IMG/VR virus record: IMGVR_UViG_3300045988_103716
Length of the DNA stretch: 48,697 bases
Source of the DNA: a virus
Direction: 5' to 3' (one strand)
A program made the translations under genes and the position numbers. Below the pieces are notes generated by a model. That model had not been told where the DNA came from and did not search any database. It was given only the letters and a program-made list of their open reading frames with translations. Positions 1 through 8,564 of the stretch are shown in pieces. How positions within the stretch are numbered: the stretch's first letter is position 1; each line of letters starts with the position of its first letter.

Positions 1-55
1 CCTGTAGGATAGCAGGCTTGAATGCATAGTCGATACCGTCCTTAGTTTCCATAAA
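1..55. repeat. Terminal direct repeat (assembly overlap), identical to 48643-48697
   Basis: cctgtaggatagcaggcttgaatgcatagtcgataccgtccttagtttccataaa occurs at both window ends. The minus-strand reading frame is continuous across the junction. Confidence 0.95.
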
Positions 56-910
56 AGCTCCTGAAAGACTGTATATAGATGATTTAACCTTATCCAGGAT
101 ATCTACAAAGCTTCCAAATCCCTGACTGTCTAGAATGTTATTAAAGGCACTGATGATACGCATTTCAGTGTTCTCTACGGCAGATTTTATATTGGTAAAG
201 CCTGTACGAATTGTTTTAGATGCGCTTAAGGCAGTCTCGGCAAAACCACCTGCTTCTGTATCACACTCAATCAAAGCTGCATTGAACTGATCAAATGTAA
301 TCTGACCGTTCTTCATGGCATTGTAAAGCTCAGTTGTATTACCTGAAACAATACCTAGCTTTTTAGCTGTTTTAGTCAAAGCAGGTGCCATAGTCTCCTG
401 AAGAGTTCTCCAGGACTGCATATCAGGCTTGCCAACGGCCAGCATCTGAGAATACTGCTGCTGTGCTCGACTGACATCTTCTGTGGAAGCACTGGATGCC
501 AGCAAGGCATGGTTCAATGCGATAGCCGTATCTGTAGCCTTGCCCATGTTTCCTGTGACAGATGTTAAAGACTGTGCACTCTTAACGATATCCGCTAAGG
601 AAGTAGGCAATCCCTGTACAGAGGCATTTAATTTTGATACAGAAGCTTTAGCAGCATCTGTTGAAAAGCCTAAAGAGTTCATTACTTTTGGATAACTGTG
701 TAATGTATCAAATCTTGTAATAGCTCCATCTAGTGATGTGGTCACTGTGTTCATAGCGACGCCTAAGGCTTTCGTTACACCTACACCGGCTACAATAGAC
801 TTGACTTGAGATCCAAAGGAATTACATACTCCCAGGGCCTTTTTGAACGTGGACGACATGTTTTTATCGGTAGCCGATAGTATGGCTTCAACGCTATAGC
901 TTTCTGCCAT
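1..910 (-). CDS. Tail tape measure protein, 5' part of the gene (about 303 codons); continues into 46403-48642 across the circular junction
   Basis: ATG at 908-910 lies 6 nt after GGAGGT (917-922). Hand translation MAESYSVEAILSATDKNMSSTFKKALGV...ALNHALLASSAST...FMETKDG runs without a stop into the METKDG ORF at the other end. The ORF track missed it because no stop lies inside the window. Confidence 0.85.
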   Translation of the reverse strand, partial: MAESYSVEAILSATDKNMSSTFKKALGVCNSFGSQVKSIVAGVGVTKALGVAMNTVTTSLDGAITRFDTLHSYPKVMNSLGFSTDAAKASVSKLNASVQGLPTSLADIVKSAQSLTSVTGNMGKATDTAIALNHALLASSASTEDVSRAQQQYSQMLAVGKPDMQSWRTLQETMAPALTKTAKKLGIVSGNTTELYNAMKNGQITFDQFNAALIECDTEAGGFAETALSASKTIRTGFTNIKSAVENTEMRIISAFNNILDSQGFGSFVDILDKVKSSIYSLSGAFMETKDGIDYAFKPAILQ

Positions 911-932
911 ATGTGTACCTCCTTATGTTCGT

Positions 933-1397
933 CTAGTTCTCCTTTTCTTCTTTATTTTTCATAAATTCGCTTACGCGTTCCAGTATGGACTTTTTCTTTG
1001 TATTCTTTTCACTACATAACCTTTCAAGAGCCGCTTCATAATCAAAAAATTTCTGAAAGGTATCAAATACTTCTTTAATCTTATTGCCTGACTTTTTCTT
1101 GGCCTGGGCAGTCATATTTAAATAGGCTTGAAGGTGTAAATGATAAAGCTGATCTACTTCTGCATATTCGAGTGCTTTAATCTTCAATCGATATTCCTTA
1201 GGTGTAAGTGCATCAACTTCACTTAGGTCTTTAAAGTTAAAGTAACGAAAGCAGTTAATAGCTATCTGTTCATACTGTTCGTTGAAATCAATCTTTTCTA
1301 CGCTTCCTGAGGTGCTCTGTTTTTCATCGGAATGTACCCTGTCTCCAATAGCATTTTGCTTACGATTGTATGAGATACATTCGCAGTAGATAAAAAA
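933..1397 (-). CDS. Tail assembly chaperone, -1 frame extension (gpT-like part of a G/GT-type frameshift product)
   Basis: This frame is open from 1397 down to 933 and overlaps the last 100 nt of the upstream chaperone ORF in the -1 frame. Its position between the major tail and tape measure genes fits a GT-type product. Confidence 0.6.
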   Translation of the reverse strand, partial: FFIYCECISYNRKQNAIGDRVHSDEKQSTSGSVEKIDFNEQYEQIAINCFRYFNFKDLSEVDALTPKEYRLKIKALEYAEVDQLYHLHLQAYLNMTAQAKKKSGNKIKEVFDTFQKFFDYEAALERLCSEKNTKKKSILERVSEFMKNKEEKEN

Positions 1398-1687
1398 TCA
1401 AGCACGCTATCTACTAGACTCTCGATATCTTCTACATCAACGATATATTTTTCTAGATCCTCTTTCTTTACTCTTGGCTTTTGTCCGGCATTCATAGCCA
1501 TTAATACAGTTACAAGAGCTTCCATATCGCCGGCAAGCATAAAGGATACCTGATACGATAATCCGACATCTTTTTTCACGTTCTCATCAACACTGACTTT
1601 TACTCCCTTGTTGATTTCACGTAAAAAAGCAAAGTCCGCGGTAAATTCATATAGGGTTCCGTTAATTTCAAGTTGTAATGGTTTCAT
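1298..1687 (-). CDS. Tail assembly chaperone (gpG-like short product)
   Basis: 129-aa ORF immediately downstream of the major tail gene and upstream of the tape measure gene. RBS AAAGGAGA lies before the ATG. Confidence 0.65.
   Translation of the reverse strand: MKPLQLEINGTLYEFTADFAFLREINKGVKVSVDENVKKDVGLSYQVSFMLAGDMEALVTVLMAMNAGQKPRVKKEDLEKYIVDVEDIESLVDSVLDFLSTANVSHTIVSKMLLETGYIPMKNRAPQEA
1391..1397 (-). promoter_or_regulatory. Candidate -1 programmed ribosomal frameshift slippery heptamer T_TTT_TTA
   Basis: The zero-frame reading is gaT TTT TTA (LDFL). The -1 frame opens exactly here, because a TGA at 1398-1400 closes it upstream. Confidence 0.55.
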
Positions 1688-1713
1688 TTTTAAGTCTCCT
1701 TTTCTTTAATAAG

Positions 1714-1742
1714 TAAAAGGACGTGCTATATCAGTACGTCCT
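1714..1742 (-). terminator. Intrinsic terminator-like hairpin after the major tail gene
   Basis: Minus strand reads AGGACGT-loop-ACGTCCT followed by TTTT. Confidence 0.5.
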
Positions 1743-1757
1743 CTGTATTTGTGTTAA

Positions 1758-2303
1758 CTATTTTGCAGCTGCTTGAGTTGTATCCTGGAATGCATACTCA
1801 ATTAAAGCTTTCTGTTCGGCAGTAACTGTTGCATATCCATCCGCACCTTTTCCTTCTACCTGGAATGTCAATTCCAATTGTGCTAAATCATCTGAGGCAG
1901 AAGTTTCAGTCTTTTCAGTCAAATAGGCATGATAGTAAGTTGCTTTATACTTATTTCCAGCACCTGAAGTCTCTGGCTCTTTCATGTTGATTTTCCAAAG
2001 TTCCACTTTTTTACGATTTTTCAAGGCACTTGTTAAATCATCAATCAAAGTGTCTCCCTTTGATAGAATTGAAGACGCAGTAATTTCAATAGACACGCTT
2101 CCTGTTTTGGCTACAACACCATCTTTGGTTTCTGTAGTATCTGAATCTGCGGACATTGATTCTTCGTTTTCTGTTGTAAAGGCTAATCCCTTTGCAGCTT
2201 GACTAGATGCTTTTTCTAATAATCGATACATGTATACAATATCGCTGCCTTGTACTGTTTCTAATACGGCATCTGCGAAAAGCTGTAAATCAAATTTAAG
2301 CAT
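1758..2303 (-). CDS. Major tail (tube) protein
   Basis: 181-aa acidic, beta-rich protein at the canonical position. Its N-terminus MLKFDLQLFA mimics the ribosomal L27 propeptide. Confidence 0.7.
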   Translation of the reverse strand: MLKFDLQLFADAVLETVQGSDIVYMYRLLEKASSQAAKGLAFTTENEESMSADSDTTETKDGVVAKTGSVSIEITASSILSKGDTLIDDLTSALKNRKKVELWKINMKEPETSGAGNKYKATYYHAYLTEKTETSASDDLAQLELTFQVEGKGADGYATVTAEQKALIEYAFQDTTQAAAK

Positions 2304-2712
2304 TTCTTGTTCCTCCTGTTATTTCATATTCAAGTTCCAGGACACCATGCATTAGTGGCTCACTGGTTGTATTGTCAGACAATATACGTTGTTCTATATG
2401 TCTGATTCTCCAGCAGTAGTTCTTCGTTTTTTGAATTCTACGCGAAATATTCTTGATCTGTTGAAGCAGATCGGATACTGTACCACGTTCTCGACAATTG
2501 TTATGCCATAAATGAATAGTTTGGTATACTCTGCCTCGAATCATGGTTTTATTGTCGTAAGAGTCAACAAACTGACTGTCTGCTAGATAAACAAAGGGGT
2601 AGGCTGTTCCTTCTGGTGGCATAAATCCATCGTAAACACCTACTCCTTTTTCTTTAAATTTTTCTTTTAACTGTACCAGTAAAGTGCTGAACAGTTCCTG
2701 TTGTGCATCCAT
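2296..2712 (-). CDS. Tail completion / tail terminator protein (assigned by position)
   Basis: 138-aa ORF between the HK97 gp10-like gene and the major tail gene. Start and stop overlap the neighbouring genes. Confidence 0.4.
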   Translation of the reverse strand: MDAQQELFSTLLVQLKEKFKEKGVGVYDGFMPPEGTAYPFVYLADSQFVDSYDNKTMIRGRVYQTIHLWHNNCRERGTVSDLLQQIKNISRRIQKTKNYCWRIRHIEQRILSDNTTSEPLMHGVLELEYEITGGTRNA

Positions 2713-2722
2713 TTATATTCAC

Positions 2723-3070
2723 CTACTTTACTAGTTTCTTGAGATCTCTCTCGAAAATAACTTTCTGGTCGTTATAGGCAGGTCTGACAAAAGGCTGAGC
2801 ACTCATAAAACGTGTACCATACTCGACATATGGACTGTAATGTGTTCCAGGTCCTGCCTTGTAGGCAAAGCCTCCATCGATTGACTGGCCTCTGATACTT
2901 TGCTTAGTAGCTCCTGTAGAGTAGCCTCTGTCAAACACAGCATTACGTACCATTTTAGCCTGCATCTCGATGCCATTTTGTTTTACTACCGTCTTGACAT
3001 CTGAAAGAGTCGCATTCTCTTTAAGTGATTTCTGAAGTCGATCTAGACCTTTTATCTTCACTATGCCCAT
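2723..3070 (-). CDS. HK97 gp10-family head-tail joining protein
   Basis: The C-terminal SPYVEYGTRFMSAQPFVRPA motif is typical of the gp10 family. Confidence 0.6.
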   Translation of the reverse strand: MGIVKIKGLDRLQKSLKENATLSDVKTVVKQNGIEMQAKMVRNAVFDRGYSTGATKQSIRGQSIDGGFAYKAGPGTHYSPYVEYGTRFMSAQPFVRPAYNDQKVIFERDLKKLVK

Positions 3071-3372
3071 TACTGAACCTCAGAAAGAATAAAGGTTTCT
3101 TTTACTCTTAATTTTCTTCTGTAATCGACTTTGTATCTTTTAGATCCAATACGAATGAAATCAAAAGAATAGTTATATGAATTCTGAATATGGACTGTTA
3201 GAGAACCTTGTCTAAGTTTTCCGTAGATTTGCATGATCATCTCTGACTTTGTGTCCATTACAGAGGCATATACCTTATCTTCTGGGATGGCTTCATTATC
3301 ATAGTTACCAGTCTCGGCATTGTAGTCACCTCGAACAATATGCTGAAAAAAGATAGGAGTGTCATATCTCAT
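3070..3372 (-). CDS. Head closure / head-tail adaptor protein
   Basis: 100-aa ORF at the conserved position, translationally coupled to both neighbours. Confidence 0.5.
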   Translation of the reverse strand: MRYDTPIFFQHIVRGDYNAETGNYDNEAIPEDKVYASVMDTKSEMIMQIYGKLRQGSLTVHIQNSYNYSFDFIRIGSKRYKVDYRRKLRVKETFILSEVQ

Positions 3373-3692
3373 ATGAATCTGACCTTTCCTATCTTTTGTT
3401 CTTTGTTGGTACTTCTCCAGGCTTCAATATCGTCCTCAAAAGCCTTGAAGTCATTATCCCTAAAGTTCATTGTCTCGCCTTCAACCGCATGACCTGATAA
3501 TCCTTCTGAGCCAATACGATTGAATCGAGATACAGATACTTCAGTTACGATATACTCAAGTTCTTCAGGAATCGTTTTAGAACCTAAGAGAGTTTTAAGA
3601 CGACTCTGTGTCAGTTCAACAATAGCATCTAACTGCTTATCTTCCTGTCCTTCACGACCTAAAAGGATCTTTACGTTGTCGATTACTGACAT
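3369..3692 (-). CDS. gp6-like head-tail connector (DNA packaging) protein
   Basis: 107 aa, directly downstream of the capsid gene. The N-terminus MSVIDNVKILLG...LDAIVELTQSRLKTLLG is typical of this family. Confidence 0.55.
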   Translation of the reverse strand: MSVIDNVKILLGREGQEDKQLDAIVELTQSRLKTLLGSKTIPEELEYIVTEVSVSRFNRIGSEGLSGHAVEGETMNFRDNDFKAFEDDIEAWRSTNKEQKIGKVRFI

Positions 3693-3702
3693 GTTCTACT
3701 CC

Positions 3703-4905
3703 TTATTCTGCTTTAACAGTTACTGCAGTAGAACCTTTAGCAGTTGCACAGTATGCAGCATCTACATCAACTACAGTGATTGTCTGACCAGCAGTTGCTT
3801 TGATTTCAGACTTACCATCCCATGCAGACCATCCACGTACATTTTGACCTAATTCAACTGTTGTTTCTTTAGAATCTAATTTGTATTTATATGAGTGGCC
3901 CTGTGCTAATTTTCCTGAAACAGTAATCTTAGTCATACCAGCGGCAGTACCTCCTGCAGAGCTAACTGTTAAGCTTCCTAAAGTTGCATCTGAGTTAACG
4001 ACTGCGATGGCTTTCTTGTTCACTTCTGGAACGTATTCACCGGCTTTACCTGCACCTTGTAATGCTAAACCATCGAAATCTTCTGATTCGATAGTACGGG
4101 CAGTGTTGATACCTGTGAAACATTTACCAATACCTGCAATATATGCTTTGATATATTCATTTTCTGCGAAAAGTTGAGTAGGCACTTCTTCGATATCGAA
4201 TCCTTTAAAGCGTAATACATCACCATTATCGATATTTACTGATGATTTCTTGCTTGAAGTAGTTAAAGTACAGTCTTGGATGATTGCATATACATCTGGG
4301 CATACTTTAGCTTTACGTGTTCCACGAGCGCCGATATCAGTAAAGTATTTATTCAAATCATTGAAAGCTTTGATTACTGAAGCTTCATTCAATGTAGTAA
4401 TCTTAACTTGTTTTCCTGCATTCTCAGTAATGTAGTCGCCATGCCAAGCGTTAAACAACTCGATTTTTGCGATAGCCTGCAATTCTAATCTGTCATATAC
4501 TGCACTTTCAACATCGTTATTTACTTTGTGGTAATCAATTCCTTCATGGAATGCCCATTCGTGAGTATATGGAACATCTTCATCTACATATGTGATTTCT
4601 GTACGTTCTCCAAATCGTGACGAGTTACCTGTACCTTTTCCAAAGGCTACATCTTTATCTTTGCTGTATTTATTGACTACGACTGGAATATCTGAAGTTT
4701 TTACTGTAAATGCAGTATCTGACTCTCTAACTCCGTCTAAGGCTTCCAAGTCACCAACAAACATGTCTCTGAAGTATGCTTGCACACCGAATACGGCTTG
4801 AATCAATTCTTTAAATTCTAATTCATAACGACGTGCTGCTGTTGATCCATCTGCGAACATTTGTAAATTAAATGGGTTTGCTTTTGCAAATAAAGCTTTG
4901 TTCAT
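3703..4905 (-). CDS. Major capsid protein with C-terminal Ig-like domain
   Basis: 400 aa, following the scaffold gene. The N-terminal propeptide ends in NPFNLQMFA|DG. The last ~90 aa (LTVSSAGG...TITVVDVD...TAVTVKAE) look like an Ig/Big-type decoration domain. Confidence 0.8.
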   Translation of the reverse strand: MNKALFAKANPFNLQMFADGSTAARRYELEFKELIQAVFGVQAYFRDMFVGDLEALDGVRESDTAFTVKTSDIPVVVNKYSKDKDVAFGKGTGNSSRFGERTEITYVDEDVPYTHEWAFHEGIDYHKVNNDVESAVYDRLELQAIAKIELFNAWHGDYITENAGKQVKITTLNEASVIKAFNDLNKYFTDIGARGTRKAKVCPDVYAIIQDCTLTTSSKKSSVNIDNGDVLRFKGFDIEEVPTQLFAENEYIKAYIAGIGKCFTGINTARTIESEDFDGLALQGAGKAGEYVPEVNKKAIAVVNSDATLGSLTVSSAGGTAAGMTKITVSGKLAQGHSYKYKLDSKETTVELGQNVRGWSAWDGKSEIKATAGQTITVVDVDAAYCATAKGSTAVTVKAE

Positions 4906-4918
4906 ATTCTTAATCTCC

Positions 4919-5560
4919 TTATTTCTTGTATTTGTTCAATCGTTTTTGAAACTCTGATAGTTCATTTTTTCCGTTGTTAAAAGACCTTGGAGTTTTTCCA
5001 ATAGCTCTCTCGGCTTCAACGGCTTTTCTATCGGCTTTGATAATAGCTACAAATTTATCGATACGACTCTTTGTAGTATCTGCATCATCACCGACTACGA
5101 AGTCTAGAATGTCTTGTGTAGCAGTGATATTGTGATCAGACTGCAACATATCTGCAGCTTGTCTAGATAGATCGGCGTGTTCCTGAGCTTTTTTCAAACG
5201 TTCATTTTCTGCACGCAAATCATCCATTTCTTTAGCTTTCTTCTCTTCTTCGTACTGTCTTTTCTGCTCTTCATTCATTCGAGCTAGCTTTTCGGCTTCA
5301 GTTCTAGCATTCTCAATCTGTGTGGCTGCAGCTTCTTCTGCTTCCTTACGAGCTTTGTCCTCTGCACGTTTAACTCTTTTACGAATGATGTTATCCAATT
5401 CTTCCTGGGTATATGTTTTAGCAGTTTTTCCCTGTTCTTCTTTTGATCCAGTTTCTGCTGGATCTGTTTTTTGTGCACCCTCAGCTGCTGGGTCCGCTTC
5501 CGGTTCTGCAAACAATTGCAAGCTGAATGGATATTTTAAAGCAAAATTTAATGTTTTCAT
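4919..5560 (-). CDS. Capsid scaffolding protein
   Basis: 213 aa, highly charged coiled coil (EELDNIIRKRVKRAEDKARKEAEE...). The N-terminus contains YPFSLQLFA|EPE. It sits immediately upstream of the capsid gene. Confidence 0.8.
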   Translation of the reverse strand: MKTLNFALKYPFSLQLFAEPEADPAAEGAQKTDPAETGSKEEQGKTAKTYTQEELDNIIRKRVKRAEDKARKEAEEAAATQIENARTEAEKLARMNEEQKRQYEEEKKAKEMDDLRAENERLKKAQEHADLSRQAADMLQSDHNITATQDILDFVVGDDADTTKSRIDKFVAIIKADRKAVEAERAIGKTPRSFNNGKNELSEFQKRLNKYKK

Positions 5561-5693
5561 TTTCTTGATCTCCTTCTTTTTAATGAGGTTATGTCCCTCG
5601 CCATGAGCTTTTTAGGTCTTCAAAGTTTGGACCTTTAAAACTTTGGCAGTCTACGAGATGCGATATACACCTTGTACCGCCTTGATCGGCCAC

Positions 5694-5730
5694 AAAAAAT
5701 GCACCGTTGACTACGTACTTCAACGATGCA
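5694..5730 (-). terminator. Intrinsic terminator between Prp and scaffold genes
   Basis: Minus strand has an 11-bp stem TGCATCGTTGA/TCAACGGTGCA (one G-U pair), a 9-nt loop, then TTTTTT. Confidence 0.65.
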
Positions 5731-5782
5731 CTCTAATTTCCGATCATAATATCTTTTTTCAATACGCTCCTCATATCTGTGA

Positions 5783-6094
5783 TTACACATCTTTCAGTTC
5801 CACGTATTCCGGATACGCTTCTTCTGTGCCTTTGCAGCCTATTCTGAAGAAACTTAGCGCTAGTTCTCCAGCAAGGTCTAATTCCGAGATATACAACGTC
5901 TTGCTATCTTCATCAGGCTCATCGTAATATCTGCAAATAGCATCGGATGTTTCGTCGATTGAATTGGCCAATGTCAGGAAAAGGACTGAGATAGCACTGC
6001 AGACGATATCTCTTCCTCTTGGAGCGTAACCTGCATGGCCATGCATTTCAATCAAGCAATCACGTTCTGTCTGTTTAATTTTTATATTGATCAC
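5783..6094 (-). CDS. prp: Ribosomal-processing cysteine protease Prp homologue (phage prohead/propeptide protease)
   Basis: 103 aa. The MHGHAGYAPRGRDIVCSAISVL segment carries the Prp His/Cys signature (GHAxxxxxGxDIVCaaVS). GTG start with an AGGTGA RBS. Confidence 0.75.
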   Translation of the reverse strand: MINIKIKQTERDCLIEMHGHAGYAPRGRDIVCSAISVLFLTLANSIDETSDAICRYYDEPDEDSKTLYISELDLAGELALSFFRIGCKGTEEAYPEYVELKDV

Positions 6095-6155
6095 ATGGTA
6101 TCACCTGTTTCATTTTGGTATAAGAAAGGGCCACTCGTTTGAGTGACCCAATTTT

Positions 6156-6488
6156 TTAAAATCCTGGAATAATGTCTTTTACATCCTTCAGGGTTTTCTT
6201 TACTTTTTGAAGCATAGAATTTTCAAATAGGTATTCAATACCTTTTGGAGTAATTAAAGCCTTGGTTAAATCTCCCCAGCAAATACCATCTTTTGTATTT
6301 TCTGGATCAATTCCAACAATATAGCCATCTCTTAACAGAGCTGCAATAATGTACTCCCAGTATGGCTCTGGTAACGAATATTGAGATGCCGTCAAAAAGG
6401 AACGTTCTGGTTTTTCGCCTTTTTTCAAGCAATCATATAAGTACTTAAGCACCTGATATACAATTACAAAATAATCATCTCTTGCCAT
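6156..6488 (-). CDS. YjcQ-family protein (copy 2)
   Basis: Likely start is the ATG at 6486-6488, after AAGGAGA. YQVLKYLYDCLKKGE...IIAALLRDGYIVG is paralogous to the upstream ORF. Confidence 0.6.
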   Translation of the reverse strand: MARDDYFVIVYQVLKYLYDCLKKGEKPERSFLTASQYSLPEPYWEYIIAALLRDGYIVGIDPENTKDGICWGDLTKALITPKGIEYLFENSMLQKVKKTLKDVKDIIPGF

Positions 6489-6504
6489 GACATATCTCCT
6501 TTTT

Positions 6505-6882
6505 CTATAGAATAACGCCCAGCAAAGAGGATAACACAACGTTAAAAGAATCTTTTACAAATTCAGACGCTTTTTTCATACCACTGTTTTCTTCCAAAAA
6601 GATAACACCTTCATAGGTAATCTTGAAAGGCGGATTTGTTTCGACATAGAATTTAACGTCTTTATACTTGTTTTCATATATCTTAAACCCTTTGATGTAG
6701 CCGTGGGCTACTAATGTAGAAATAACTTCCAACCAATAGCTTTTAGGAACATCAAACAGTTCCGAGCTATAAGAAAAGTCTTCTAGCCTTGCTTCTTTAC
6801 CAAGTTTCATACATTCATATAAATACTTTAAAATCTTGTACATCAATACCTGCATATCGTTACTAGCCATTTTTATTACCAT
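6505..6882 (-). CDS. YjcQ-family protein (copy 1)
   Basis: MYKILKYLYECMKLGK...VISTLVAHGYIKG has the YjcQ-like winged-helix pattern. The start could be 6882 or 6870. Confidence 0.6.
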   Translation of the reverse strand: MVIKMASNDMQVLMYKILKYLYECMKLGKEARLEDFSYSSELFDVPKSYWLEVISTLVAHGYIKGFKIYENKYKDVKFYVETNPPFKITYEGVIFLEENSGMKKASEFVKDSFNVVLSSLLGVIL

Positions 6883-7025
6883 GTCTTTCTTTACCTAGTT
6901 TTCATTCTCTTCAAGATCTTCTGGAATATCAGGCAAATCCGCAAATGACTGATCCGGTGATAATCCCAGCCACAATTTCAATTGTCTTTCTTGTTCTTCT
7001 TCAGACCCATCTAACACGTTAGTAT

Positions 7026-8564
7026 TTAGCTTTTCATCCATTCTATCAGTCCTTTCTTAGATGCTTCTTTTAGAGTTTGACTAATTACTTTATCATAGTC
7101 AATTTCACCTTTATTAGAAGTATATTTTTTTATATTTCGTCGTACTAGGGTTTTAAATTTACCCTTATCAAAGTTTGCCTTATCTAGTAATTCTATATTA
7201 CCATTATTTTTTACAATAGTTAATAGCTGAACGTCCTCATTCTCATAGAAAAAAAGCAAGTCATTTATAGAATAACTGTTATTTCTTGGATGATTGTGCG
7301 CTACATAAGTCTTAGGTGAAATACTTACACTTGAAAAGATCAATTTATCATCAGAACCATATTTTGTTTCTTTTGGCTTAAAGTCAGGAGTCATTTTATA
7401 CCCTACTTCATTTGATTGGTTGTGAACTCTAGATTCTTCCAATAATCGCTTGTGAATCGCTTGTAATTTTTTAGCCTCTTTTTCAGTAAGTCTAGTAAGC
7501 TTCATAAGTGGGACCCTATTTATAGCAGATTCGGTTATTACTGTGATTGGTCCTTTTTTATTTTCATGCAAAGCCTGTTTTTCTTTCCACTTGTCAAACC
7601 TTAAACTGTGTTCTCCATTTGCTAGACCATCTAGCCACTTTTCATACTCCTTACGGTCTGAATGTGGTGCGAGCGCACAATGGCAATTTGGATGCCTAGG
7701 TGGAGCATTCTCGCCAATCTCCATGTCCTTTAGTTTGAAGATCTGCTTATCCAATTCTTTACAAAGTGGACATACATCTTTTAAGCCACATGCAACATAT
7801 TCATATTCATCAATTCCGTTTGCTTCATAAGACTCAGCCTGGGCCTGTATACGTACTCTGGTTAGCTCTGTACGCAGTAAACGCTCGGCCTGGTACCTTG
7901 TTACATCGAAGCTCTTTCGTACCTTAGGAATAAATTCTCTAGGGTTTCTGCCCTGAATCAAAGCTGTTGAAAGTATTCCGTAAAGGTCATTTTTCAAAAG
8001 ATCCTGCTGCGACCAGATTCGTTCTGAAAATGTAGCATTTTTAAAGCTTGAGTTTGCGATTGTCTTTGCAGTTTTAGCATTATCAACAATCGTATCACCT
8101 AGGATTCCTGCGTTTCGTTGAATCTGTTCAAGTGCAGCACCTTCTAGCTTTTCCTTTGTGAAGGAAACAAGTTCATCACTGCCGGCGGTAAGCTCTAATC
8201 CTATGTTTGCTTTTAAGAGTTCAAGTCGATTGACTTTCATGGCCAGATTGTAAAGTCTCATCTGTTCATTGGCTTCTTTTGAGAAGTCTTTTTCTTTTAC
8301 GTACTTCTTAGCTTTTTTCTCGTATTCCTTTATGTCGATATCAGAGGCCTTGCGTTTAGCTTCGGCCATCGACATACCCTCTTTGTTTGAATATCGAACG
8401 AAGAAGGACTCAATCTCTTTGTTGATTTGAGTAAGCATCGTACTGTAAATGTCCTGGATTTCCTGAATGTACTCGGCTTCATCTTTTAAATCTGCTTTCT
8501 TCCATTCACGCTCTCGCTTTCTCCAGTAGTTACTGCTTTTGCTCATCCTCTTCGTCCTCATCAA
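7026..8564 (-). CDS. Minor head protein, SPP1 gp7 / Mu F family, with ~180-aa C-terminal extension of unknown function
   Basis: The GENAPPRHPNCHCALAP motif is typical of MuF/gp7. The extra C-terminal domain contains AHNHPRNNSYSIND. The start is uncertain (8564, 8561 or 8546). Confidence 0.75.
   Translation of the reverse strand: MMRTKRMSKSSNYWRKREREWKKADLKDEAEYIQEIQDIYSTMLTQINKEIESFFVRYSNKEGMSMAEAKRKASDIDIKEYEKKAKKYVKEKDFSKEANEQMRLYNLAMKVNRLELLKANIGLELTAGSDELVSFTKEKLEGAALEQIQRNAGILGDTIVDNAKTAKTIANSSFKNATFSERIWSQQDLLKNDLYGILSTALIQGRNPREFIPKVRKSFDVTRYQAERLLRTELTRVRIQAQAESYEANGIDEYEYVACGLKDVCPLCKELDKQIFKLKDMEIGENAPPRHPNCHCALAPHSDRKEYEKWLDGLANGEHSLRFDKWKEKQALHENKKGPITVITESAINRVPLMKLTRLTEKEAKKLQAIHKRLLEESRVHNQSNEVGYKMTPDFKPKETKYGSDDKLIFSSVSISPKTYVAHNHPRNNSYSINDLLFFYENEDVQLLTIVKNNGNIELLDKANFDKGKFKTLVRRNIKKYTSNKGEIDYDKVISQTLKEASKKGLIEWMKS

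Noticed and set aside
483-695. Plus-strand ORFs inside the tape-measure gene (483-695, 46875-47111, 47223-47426, 47718-48062)
   Set aside because: They are antisense to a long, well-supported minus-strand gene, have non-ATG starts and no RBS, and their composition mirrors the Ala/Gly-rich sense frame.
5284-5606. ORFs 5284-5511 (-) and 5322-5606 (+) within the scaffold gene
   Set aside because: Alternative frames of a Lys/Glu/Ala-rich coiled-coil gene. There are no independent translation signals.
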